A stretch of DNA of 64,000 bases from a virus. The stretch lies in IMG/VR virus record IMGVR_UViG_3300046459_000548, positions 28,200-92,199 of that record, one strand, 5' to 3'. Below the pieces are notes generated by a model. It had not been told where the DNA came from and ran no database searches. It was given only the letters and a program-made list of their open reading frames with translations. Shown here in pieces: positions 57,091 to 64,000 of the stretch. The translations under genes were made by a program, and so were the position numbers. Position 1 is the first letter of the stretch, and every line of letters begins with the position of its first letter.

Positions 57091-57594
57091 CTACTTGTAG
57101 AAGACGGCCACGCCTCCATGGTGCGAGCAGGCGCCCTGGTGGTGCGCGGCGTAGGAGTAGGAGCCGTCATTACAGAGAGCGGTAGCGCCGTTTCCGGCAG
57201 CGCTGGAGCCGCCCGAGGAGCTTGAGCCGCCGCTCCCAGACGATCCGCCGGACGAACTGCTGCCGGAGCCGCTGACGGAGGCGGCTTTCGCGGTGACGGT
57301 CACCTTCACCTTGACCGTCTCCGTGGCGGTCACCGTCGGCGCGGGCTTCGGCGTCGCGGTCTCCGTCGCCGTGGCTGTCGCGGTGACGGTGGCGGCGGGC
57401 TGCACCTTGCTGGCTGCGGCCTTCGTGGTGTTGCTGTCCTGGCTGCTTCCGCCGGCGCCGATGCCGAGGATGAAGGCGAGGCCGATGGCGGGCAGCATGT
57501 AACGCTTCCGGCCCCACTTGGGTCTGGGCGGCTGCGGGGCAGGGGCGGCCGGGTACCCGTATCCGGGCGGTGGCGGCGGCTGGTTGTGCGACAT
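57091..57594 (-). CDS. Membrane-anchored surface protein with DUF3761-like C-terminal domain
   Basis: RPKWGRKR+TM, Thr and Ser/Gly linkers, GATALCNDGSYSYAAHHQGACSHHGGV. Confidence 0.82.
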   Translation of the reverse strand: MSHNQPPPPPGYGYPAAPAPQPPRPKWGRKRYMLPAIGLAFILGIGAGGSSQDSNTTKAAASKVQPAATVTATATATETATPKPAPTVTATETVKVKVTVTAKAASVSGSGSSSSGGSSGSGGSSSSGGSSAAGNGATALCNDGSYSYAAHHQGACSHHGGVAVFYK

Positions 57595-57746
57595 GGTCCC
57601 CCCAAGGGTGGTTCGTGTTGGGGTGACCGTAACGGGAAGTGTGAAGGCTGTGTGAGTGGGGTGCACTGCCGGTGACACAGTTGTGACCGCGCGCGGCCGG
57701 GCGGATGATTCGGCCGGGGCCTGGTCCCGCAAACCGCTTCTGTACG

Positions 57747-57968
57747 TCAGGGGCCTGGGTAGTCCGGGTCGTCTTCGGCTCGCGGAAGAGCGGTGGACCC
57801 CTGCGACCAGTGGTTGACCCAGCCGCAGAGCCCGCAGGCGTAGCGCCCGTTCAGGCCGTGCAACTCAACGCCGCACTCGCGGCACTCCGTCGTCGTGATC
57901 TCGGAGCCGCCATGCGCTGCGACCGTGTCAGTGTGCGGCACGGCTTCCGGTGACCATTCCTGCTCCAT
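57747..57968 (-). CDS. Small Zn-ribbon protein
   Basis: CRECG...YACGLCGWVNHW. Confidence 0.65.
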   Translation of the reverse strand: MEQEWSPEAVPHTDTVAAHGGSEITTTECRECGVELHGLNGRYACGLCGWVNHWSQGSTALPRAEDDPDYPGP

Positions 57969-58083
57969 GGGTCGAGACTACCCGCGGGGCGGGCGTGCAC
58001 CCGGACTGCCATCCGCAGTTGCCACACGACCAGCCTCCGCTGGGTCCCTGCGAGGTTGCTGCGCCACAGTTCGGACAGTTCAT
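57928..58083 (-). CDS. Zn-ribbon micro-protein (MNCPNCGA...)
   Basis: GGAGG RBS; MNCPNCGAATSQGPSGGWSCGNCGWQSG... Confidence 0.45.
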   Translation of the reverse strand: MNCPNCGAATSQGPSGGWSCGNCGWQSGCTPAPRVVSTHGAGMVTGSRAAH

Positions 58084-58495
58084 AGCTGCCTCCTAATCCC
58101 GGGCTCATCCCGGATTCCCGCCCGCAATGGTTGGAGCAGATCCATCGGCCTCGGTTGTCCTGGTAGGCCCCGGCCCCGCAGTTCGGACAGTTCATCGTCG
58201 CGCCTCCCGCACGAGCCGGTACAGGCCGCGGCTGGTCCCGCACTCGCTCGCCTCGTCGACGCACTGCTCACAGAAGGGTGCGTGGGTGTACAGGGCTCGG
58301 CGGGCGCGATCGGCAACGCAGTCCGGGCAGGCGCGGGGAACCCCCTTTCGGGCCCTGCCGTTCGCTGCGAGCCGTGGGGCCCGCCGCTCCTCCCAGCTCT
58401 CCACGGGAGGCCATGCGGCTGTCCGGCCGTGCGAGTGCCGGACGGTGTGGGCGCTCGTAGGCTGGCCTTCTCGGGGCTCGTCGCGGAGGTCTGCC

Positions 58496-59419
58496 ATGCC
58501 CCGAACCATCTGGTCAGGCGCCATCAGCTTTGGCCTGGTCACGGTGCCGATCCATGTCGTGAGTGCCACCGAGGATCACAGCATTCGCTTCCATCAGGTC
58601 CACCTCGACGACATGGCCCGCGTCCGCGTCCGGAAGTACTGCGAGCTCGAGGACCGCGAGGTCTCTCAGGGAGAGATCGGGAAGGGCTACGAGCTGTCCA
58701 AGGACACGATCATCCCGGTGCTCGACGAGGAACTGCAGCAGATGCCGCTGCCGACGGCGAAAGCGATCGAGCTAGTGGCGTTCATGCCGGCGGAGAGCAT
58801 CGACCCGATCCGGGTGGGCGACGGCTACTACCTGCAGCCGGACGGGCAGGTCGCGGCGAAACCGTACAAGCTGCTGGCGCAGGCGCTCGAGCGGTCATCG
58901 AAGGTGGCTGTCGCCAAGTTTGCCTGGTCAGGCCGTGAGCGCCTGGGTCTGCTCCGTGTCCGTGATGACGTGATCGTCCTGCATGCGATGCGCTGGGACG
59001 ACGAGATCCGCGACCCGTCCGAGCTGGCACCCGATGCGGTGGAGCTCACCGACGAGGAGCTCGCGGAGGCGGAGCGTCTCATCGACGGCTTTTCCCGCGA
59101 TGACCTGGAGGGCGAGGAGTTCATCGACCGGTACACGGAGGCGGTGGAACAGCTCATCGACGCGAAGCGGGAGCACAAGGAGCCGCCGCGGGCGGCCGAG
59201 GAGCCGGAGGCGCCGGGCCAGGTCGTCGACCTGATGGCCGCACTGCAGGAGTCTGTGGCGAAGGCGCGGGCGGGCCGCGGCGAAGACGCCACCGTGCACG
59301 AGATGCCGAAGAAGAAGACGGCGAAGAAGGCGGCAAAGAAGCGATCAGCCAAGACGATTCCGAGCAAGAATGCTGCACGCAAGAAGGCGGCCACGAAGAA
59401 GCCGCCGCGATCTGCTTGA
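58496..59419 (+). CDS. ku: Ku DNA end-binding protein
   Basis: RTIWSGAISFGLVTVPI...KGYE...YYLQP...VVDLMAALQESV, Lys-rich tail. Confidence 0.95.
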   Translation: MPRTIWSGAISFGLVTVPIHVVSATEDHSIRFHQVHLDDMARVRVRKYCELEDREVSQGEIGKGYELSKDTIIPVLDEELQQMPLPTAKAIELVAFMPAESIDPIRVGDGYYLQPDGQVAAKPYKLLAQALERSSKVAVAKFAWSGRERLGLLRVRDDVIVLHAMRWDDEIRDPSELAPDAVELTDEELAEAERLIDGFSRDDLEGEEFIDRYTEAVEQLIDAKREHKEPPRAAEEPEAPGQVVDLMAALQESVAKARAGRGEDATVHEMPKKKTAKKAAKKRSAKTIPSKNAARKKAATKKPPRSA

Positions 59420-59444
59420 CGTTGCGAAAGTGCAGGTGGGGGCG

Positions 59445-59876
59445 ATGGGCATTCGACCGACAGAGGTCAGCATCTTCGGCATCGGGGTGGGCTGGGAGTT
59501 CAAAAGATCTGATCGGCAGACGGCACAACAGATCATGGACTTCCTGTCGGACAAGCGGGTCTTGATCGTCAGTCCGAACCGGCCCTCTGAGGACGCTGCC
59601 GCATGCGTGGCCTCAGCCATGGAGTGCAGGAAGCGCCTGTCCGAACTCTTGGACGAGGTGCCGGTGAAGAGCGTAGATCTGCGGACGTGGCTTCGTGGCT
59701 TGCGTGAGGCTTTCACCTCGTTCGTGGAGGCGTCGGAGCGTCGCGGCTTCGTGGGTACGGACGGCGAGTCACGGTTCCGGCAAGCGCTCTACGACCTGCA
59801 GGTGGCGGTGCAGGCGCTGTCAGGCATCGTCTCGGAGAGATACAAGCTGACTGGCTTGAGGCCGCTGGATTCGTAG
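59445..59876 (+). CDS. Hypothetical protein (DUF6650-like)
   Basis: SIFGIGVGWE...FLSDKRVL...CVASAMECRKRL. Confidence 0.6.
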   Translation: MGIRPTEVSIFGIGVGWEFKRSDRQTAQQIMDFLSDKRVLIVSPNRPSEDAAACVASAMECRKRLSELLDEVPVKSVDLRTWLRGLREAFTSFVEASERRGFVGTDGESRFRQALYDLQVAVQALSGIVSERYKLTGLRPLDS

Positions 59877-59881
59877 GCCGC

Positions 59882-60217
59882 TCAGTCGAGGATCCCGAGC
59901 TCGGTGTCCGGCCGGCAGTGGGTGCAGGCGGCGACCCCGTCGGCGAGCGCCCGCAGCGCCTGGTCCCGCTGCACGCCGCGGCTGCGCTTGCCCGCCATGT
60001 GGCAGCCGCCGACGTGGACGTACACGGCTTGCCGCCCGTCGAGGCCTTGTTCGATGAGCCAGTCGGGTTCGGGCGGTCGGGCTTGTTCGCTGCGTCGCTG
60101 CTCGGCCTGCCGCCGTTCTTCGGCTGCGATCCACCTGCGGGTGCGCTCGAGGTCGGCCTCTTGGACGCGTTTGAGGAAGAGGAGCTGATCGAGGCGAGAT
60201 GGCGAGCTGTCGTTCAC
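59882..60217 (-). CDS. DUF6233-like protein
   Basis: VHVGGCHMAG...ACTHCRPDTELG; leaderless GTG 7 nt after TAGAAT. Confidence 0.78.
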   Translation of the reverse strand: MNDSSPSRLDQLLFLKRVQEADLERTRRWIAAEERRQAEQRRSEQARPPEPDWLIEQGLDGRQAVYVHVGGCHMAGKRSRGVQRDQALRALADGVAACTHCRPDTELGILD

Positions 60218-60230
60218 GTGTTCGATTCTA
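60210..60230 (-). promoter_or_regulatory. LexA (SOS) box overlapping -10 TAGAAT and the start codon
   Basis: Minus strand reads TAGAATCGAACACGTGAACGA, matching the actinobacterial TCGAAC-N4-GNNCGA consensus. Confidence 0.75.
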
Positions 60231-60273
60231 GGCGCTAGGCTTCCCTCCGCATCCCCGGGGGAGAGAGGACCGT

Positions 60274-60612
60274 ATGGACGCTGACCTGCTGCGCACCCTC
60301 GGCATCGACCCGACCGCGCTGGATCCCGCCCCGCCGTGGGCGCCCTACCGTGGCACGGGCACAGCGCGGCTCGACGGCGGACACCGGTGCGCACAGTGCG
60401 GACAGCCGGCGCGGGCCACCCGTGTCGTCGACGTTCCCGGTGTGGGGCGCCGCTGGCTGGACACCTGCCGGGATCACTTCCTCGCCAACGGCCGCCTGCT
60501 GCCGTCCCGGATGCCGTCGACGGTGGAGGGCATCGTCGCCGACCTGCGCGCAGCCGCCCGGGAGGCGGGCGCCCCGCTGGCGATCGTCACCGATGACGGA
60601 ATGGCAGGCTGA
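60274..60612 (+). CDS. Hypothetical Zn-binding protein
   Basis: CAQCG...RWLDTCRDH; GAGG RBS. Confidence 0.65.
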   Translation: MDADLLRTLGIDPTALDPAPPWAPYRGTGTARLDGGHRCAQCGQPARATRVVDVPGVGRRWLDTCRDHFLANGRLLPSRMPSTVEGIVADLRAAAREAGAPLAIVTDDGMAG

Positions 60613-60616
60613 CCGC

Positions 60617-60829
60617 GTGGACGACGAGCGCTACCACCTCACCCTGACCCTCGACGGCCGCCCCGCGATGCACGGCTGGTGGGGGAGCGAGGCGACGGCC
60701 CGCCGCCAGCTCTCCACCTGGATCGGCGAGCGCGGCAGCATGCCCGGCGTGCGCATCGCCCTCGTCGACGACGAGGAGCAGTTGGTCCTCGCGTCCTGGC
60801 CCGATGAGGCGGACGGCCTGGCAGACTGA
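60617..60829 (+). CDS. Small hypothetical protein
   Basis: RYHLTLTLDGRPAMHGWWGSEATARR...LASWP. Confidence 0.6.
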   Translation: MDDERYHLTLTLDGRPAMHGWWGSEATARRQLSTWIGERGSMPGVRIALVDDEEQLVLASWPDEADGLAD

Positions 60830-60982
60830 TACCGCCCCTCGGTCGTCATCCCCGTCGCCGAGGGGCGCCTCGTTGTCAGTGGCCGCAGATAGGCTGATCG
60901 CACGTATCCGCGTTGCATGGCTGCACGCGCTCGCCCCGCACTCCCGATGGACAGCGCCGACGGGGTGCGGGGCGCTCGACTG

Positions 60983-61183
60983 TCAGGCTGCCGTCTCGTA
61001 CCGCACGAGCGTCTTCAGCCCAAGCTCGACGTCCATCCGTCGCAGTCCGGCCTGCTCGGCGAACGCGCCGACCGCCTCGTGTACGGCGCGCGCCGTGTCC
61101 ACGGTCAGCCGCCCGGCCTGGATTTCAGCCCAGGCGGTGCGTTCCAGCGCGATCAGATCGTCGGGAAAGTCGATGAGTGCCAC
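60983..61183 (-). CDS. Small hypothetical protein
   Basis: IDFPDDLIALER...RMDVELGLK. Confidence 0.6.
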   Translation of the reverse strand: MALIDFPDDLIALERTAWAEIQAGRLTVDTARAVHEAVGAFAEQAGLRRMDVELGLKTLVRYETAA

Positions 61184-61266
61184 CGCAGGATCCTACGTCG
61201 CTGTCACGGCGTCCCCGTGCAGCCGCTCCGCCGTGACGGCAGCGTGCGTATCTTTCCTAGTCCATC

Positions 61267-61300
61267 TTGATTGCCAATCTAGATTGGCTATCTTGGTTGC
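61267..61300 (+). promoter_or_regulatory. Promoter with a perfect 16-bp palindromic operator
   Basis: TTGATT-[GCCAATCTAGATTGGC]-TATCTT, then ATG at 61301 (leaderless). Confidence 0.75.
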
Positions 61301-61468
61301 ATGATGAAAACCGAGGGCGAGACTCGCGCCGAGATCCTTCGCGAGGCCATCGAAGCCGCACGCGGCGAGTACCTGGAGGACGCGACCGGCACCCCGGAGG
61401 ACGAGGCGTACAACCAGGCCGTATCCGACGTCGTGGCCGCTATCGGCGCGCTCCTGGAGGGCAAGTGA
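61301..61468 (+). CDS. Small acidic protein
   Basis: MMKTEGETRAEILREAIEAARGEYLED...; coupled to the next gene. Confidence 0.65.
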   Translation: MMKTEGETRAEILREAIEAARGEYLEDATGTPEDEAYNQAVSDVVAAIGALLEGK

Positions 61469-61764
61469 GCGAGCGCCTCCTCCCCACCGGCTTCTGCTGG
61501 TGCGGCTGCGGCAAGGAGACCGCCCGTGGCAGCTTCTTCGTCCGCGGCCACGACAAAATCGCCGAAGCGGCCATCCTCGCCGCCCGCTACGACAACTCCG
61601 TCGCCCAACTCGTCCACGCCCACAACTTCACCCCAGACCCCGAAACCTCCGTCCGCGCCGCCGCGCTGGCTGCCGGATGGATCGTGTGCCCCCGCGGCTG
61701 CGGCTACGCCGGGGCCCCCGCCAGCGTCCGCAAGCACGAGACCAAACCCCACAAGGAGGCCTGA
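61465..61764 (+). CDS. CWCGCG Zn-binding protein
   Basis: CWCGCGK...FVRGHD, CPRGC...H; GGAGG RBS. Confidence 0.7.
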   Translation: MSERLLPTGFCWCGCGKETARGSFFVRGHDKIAEAAILAARYDNSVAQLVHAHNFTPDPETSVRAAALAAGWIVCPRGCGYAGAPASVRKHETKPHKEA

Positions 61765-61766
61765 CC

Positions 61767-61934
61767 ATGCAGGCTCTGACCATCCGTAAGGACGGCACGA
61801 CGACCATCGAGTTCACCGACGCCGACGCGCACGCCCTCCGCGACGACCTCGCCAAGCTGAAGGGCAGCGACGCCGCCTGGACCCTGTACCGCCTCCTCGC
61901 CCACGCCCACGGCGAACCCGGAGAGGGGAAGTGA
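61767..61934 (+). CDS. Small hypothetical protein
   Basis: AAGGAGG RBS. Confidence 0.65.
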   Translation: MQALTIRKDGTTTIEFTDADAHALRDDLAKLKGSDAAWTLYRLLAHAHGEPGEGK

Positions 61935-62320
61935 CCATGCTGAAGGAATGCAGCGCCGCCGAACTTGCGGACGCACTCGACAGCATGGAACGTCACCCTC
62001 ACAACACGGGCGGCCTGTCCATGCTCGACGAAGCCACGCTGGAGTTCGGCTGGCGCTACGACACCGTGGGCCCCCCGCAGCAGGCGTTCGCCAACGCCCG
62101 ACACCGTCACATGCGCTCGTACACCACCGAGCGCGGCAACTACACGGAGGAGTCCTGGCAGGCAGCCATGGACGCCGCCCGCCAACTGGCCGCAGCGCTG
62201 CGCACGCTCGGCGACACCCGCATCCCCCGCTGCAAGGAGGAATCCGAGTGGGGCACGTGCGGCATCGGTCTCAACGACGACGGCACCTGCCGCGCCGCCC
62301 GCAACCACGTCAAGAAGTGA
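61931..62320 (+). CDS. Hypothetical protein
   Basis: GTGA coupling; high GC3 frame. Confidence 0.65.
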   Translation: MTMLKECSAAELADALDSMERHPHNTGGLSMLDEATLEFGWRYDTVGPPQQAFANARHRHMRSYTTERGNYTEESWQAAMDAARQLAAALRTLGDTRIPRCKEESEWGTCGIGLNDDGTCRAARNHVKK

Positions 62321-62331
62321 GGATACCGACC

Positions 62332-62556
62332 ATGGCCCTTGTCGATGACATCGAGTACTACGGTCGCGCGGTCGACGAAGGAACCACGACGCGTGACGCC
62401 GCGGTCGGGGCGCTTGTTGAGGCCGGCGGCGGCGGCCTCACCCGGGTTGGCGCCGGGACCGCGATCGATCAGTGGAAGACCGTCCGCGCCTCCTATGAGC
62501 AGGAGTTCAAGCGGGCGGGAGTCGAGTGGGCTCGCTGCCACGGCATCGACGCCTAA
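62332..62556 (+). CDS. Small hypothetical protein
   Basis: GAGG RBS; MALVDDIEYYGRAVD. Confidence 0.6.
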   Translation: MALVDDIEYYGRAVDEGTTTRDAAVGALVEAGGGGLTRVGAGTAIDQWKTVRASYEQEFKRAGVEWARCHGIDA

Positions 62557-62577
62557 CCTCGCCCGCAGTGACACAGT

Positions 62578-62612
62578 GGAGCCCCGGCCTGAAGCAAGCA
62601 GGCCGGGGCTCC
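62578..62612. terminator. Bidirectional terminator hairpin
   Basis: GGAGCCCCGGCCTG...CAGGCCGGGGCTCC between convergent genes. Confidence 0.75.
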
Positions 62613-62623
62613 GTCACGTCACC

Positions 62624-62812
62624 CTACGCCGCCTCGACGATCTCGCCCCGCTCGGCGGCCGTAGCCACCGTCCACTCGTCCCGCAGCACCTCGTACCGCC
62701 GCCGCGTCTCCCCATACAGCCAGCCGCCCGCCCCCACGACCAGGGCGCGGATCTCCTCATTCACCACAGCAGACGGCCGCGTGGTACCCGGGTCTGGGGG
62801 AGGGGGAGGCAT
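62624..62812 (-). CDS. Small hypothetical protein
   Basis: RPSAVVNEEIRAL...RRRYEVLRDEW. Confidence 0.6.
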   Translation of the reverse strand: MPPPPPDPGTTRPSAVVNEEIRALVVGAGGWLYGETRRRYEVLRDEWTVATAAERGEIVEAA

Positions 62813-62845
62813 AGATCAAAGCGTAGCCGTCGGGTACGACAGCGG

Positions 62846-63040
62846 TCAGCCCTCGGTGGGCGGTTGGTCGGCAGTCCCACGCTCGCGTCGCCGACGGGTC
62901 ACATAGCGGTGGAGGTCGCCGACGATGACGTCGGTCAACGTGCGGCCTTCCGTCTTCGCCTCTTCCATCGCCGCGCTCCACAGTTCGTCGGGCACGCGGA
63001 TGTTGCGCAACTTCGTCTTCCCCGTTGCTGGCCTGGCCAT
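62846..63040 (-). CDS. Ribbon-helix-helix DNA-binding protein
   Basis: RNIRVPDELWSAA...EGRTLTDVI...L..YV. Confidence 0.85.
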   Translation of the reverse strand: MARPATGKTKLRNIRVPDELWSAAMEEAKTEGRTLTDVIVGDLHRYVTRRRRERGTADQPPTEG

Positions 63041-63054
63041 CTCTCCCCCTCGGG

Positions 63055-63141
63055 TCTGTAGGTACAGAAACTAGCATCCATCTGCCTGGACGGCTTGACA
63101 AGGGTTCGTGGTGAGCGCATTCTGTAGGTACAGAAACTAGC
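63055..63141. promoter_or_regulatory. Two perfect 21-bp operator repeats flanking a TTGACA promoter
   Basis: TCTGTAGGTACAGAAACTAGC at 63055-63075 and 63121-63141; TTGACA(63095)-17 nt-CATTCT(63118). Confidence 0.85.
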
Positions 63142-63161
63142 GCCAAACAGGGGAGACGGAA

Positions 63162-63350
63162 ATGAGTAAGGGTCCGCGGACCACCGGCCACAGCGCCAAC
63201 CCGGAGGCTGGCCCGGTCGAGTTCCGCGACGAGGCCGACCGCAGCGTCCGGCCCGTCATCGAGCACGCCCTCACCGTCTACTTCGACGGCAACTCCGAAC
63301 TCGCCCGAACTCTCATCGACCGCCTGCTCGACGAGGACCGGAGCCACTGA
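63162..63350 (+). CDS. Small hypothetical protein
   Basis: GGGGAG RBS; downstream of the promoter. Confidence 0.6.
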   Translation: MSKGPRTTGHSANPEAGPVEFRDEADRSVRPVIEHALTVYFDGNSELARTLIDRLLDEDRSH

Positions 63351-63418
63351 GGCCCGTCCATCCCAAGGGCCCGGCGCCAGCGAACGGTTCGCTCACCATC
63401 CATCAAGGAGGAATCCCT

Positions 63419-63700
63419 ATGCTCTCCACCGTCCTGCGCCCCAACCCGACCACTCCGGGCGACTACCACGAGGCCCTGGTCCACCACATTGGCCATGACC
63501 TGGCCGTGCGCTCCAACATGCAGCCGTTCCAAGTCGTCGTCGTGCAGTGCGTGTCCGGTGACGGCCGGGTATCCCTGACGACACGGCCGGACGAAGCTCC
63601 AGTCGCCGAAGCCCGGTGGCGGCCTCACCTGTACGCCCCGCTGTTCTTTGCGGACCGATCGGTGGGCTGTCGAACCTGCCAGATGCCGGTCGCTCGGTGA
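63419..63700 (+). CDS. Hypothetical protein
   Basis: AAGGAGG RBS. Confidence 0.6.
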   Translation: MLSTVLRPNPTTPGDYHEALVHHIGHDLAVRSNMQPFQVVVVQCVSGDGRVSLTTRPDEAPVAEARWRPHLYAPLFFADRSVGCRTCQMPVAR

Positions 63701-63744
63701 CGAAAACGTGGACCAGCCCCGCCACTGTGCGGGGCTTCGGCATG

Positions 63745-64000
63745 TCAGCCCTCTGCGGGCGGCTGTCCCACGTAGGTGCCGCGCCCCTGCACCGTCCACA
63801 CCGCGCCCTCTTCGGCCAGTACAGCGATCGCCCGCCGCACTGTGGACCGGGCCAGCCCGTACTCCTGTACCAGGCGCGTCTCCGACGCGATCGGCCGACC
63901 CTCCGTCCAGTCCCCGCGGGCGATCCGCGCTTTCAGGATCTCGGCGAGCTGCCGGTACGGGGTGATCGGACCCTCGTGGTCAATCTCAGCATCGGGATCT
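63745..64000 (-). CDS. GntR wHTH-only regulator; start just outside the window
   Basis: Manual translation DPDAEIDHEGPITPYRQLAEILKARIARGDW...SETRLVQEYGLARSTVRRAIAVLAEEG...VQGRGTYV. Confidence 0.88.
   Translation of the reverse strand, partial: DPDAEIDHEGPITPYRQLAEILKARIARGDWTEGRPIASETRLVQEYGLARSTVRRAIAVLAEEGAVWTVQGRGTYVGQPPAEG

Larger units (their letters stand above)
1..64000. mobile_element. Prophage or phage-plasmid-like element with a conjugative (TraB/Spd) module; both ends outside the window
   Basis: Complete siphoviral head-tail-lysis gene order at 25.8-51 kb, contiguous with tra/spd genes on the left and phage-type small genes and Ku on the right. No housekeeping gene recognised. 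Confidence 0.8.

Noticed and set aside
1-64000. CRISPR array, tRNA or rRNA genes
   Set aside because: No regularly spaced repeat-spacer array or recognisable structural RNA was seen by eye. A covariance-model search was not possible.

Overview
This high-GC window (inferred Streptomyces-like host) appears to lie entirely within one large temperate siphovirus-like element. No integrase, att site, replicative helicase or clear host gene is visible, so both boundaries are outside the window. (1) 1-11.1 kb: a Streptomyces plasmid/AICE-type transfer module with a KorSA/TraR-like GntR-UTRA repressor, a stand-alone UTRA protein, a divergent HTH gene, a RapZ C-terminal domain, SpdB-like and other Spd-like membrane proteins, and a TraB FtsK-type DNA translocase. 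(2) 11-14.7 kb: small genes, a truncated GT2 fragment, an HNH gene and putative late regulators. (3) 14.7-23.3 kb: an accessory fibre/depolymerase module plus a GT-A glycosyltransferase and an NDP-sugar epimerase, all upstream of the terminase. (4) 24-51 kb: a complete morphogenesis and lysis operon (HNHs, cos-like region, solo primase-polymerase domain, TerS, TerL with a class 3 intein, portal, scaffold, HK97 capsid, two GT4 glycosyltransferases among the head/neck genes, tail genes with a -1 frameshift, tape measure with NlpC/P60, papain-like protease, amidase, holin). (5) 51-64 kb: an accessory arm with two paralogous surface proteins, a serine resolvase plus Zn-ribbon/GIY-YIG gene split by IS256, Ku, a LexA-boxed gene, and small operons with visible operators. 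The two best candidates for under-described biology are a phage that could also spread by TraB conjugation under a double-UTRA switch, and a virion O-glycosylation system (three glycosyltransferases and an epimerase; capsid and tail-tube proteins both end in Ser). All family assignments come from motif recognition by eye, not database searches.
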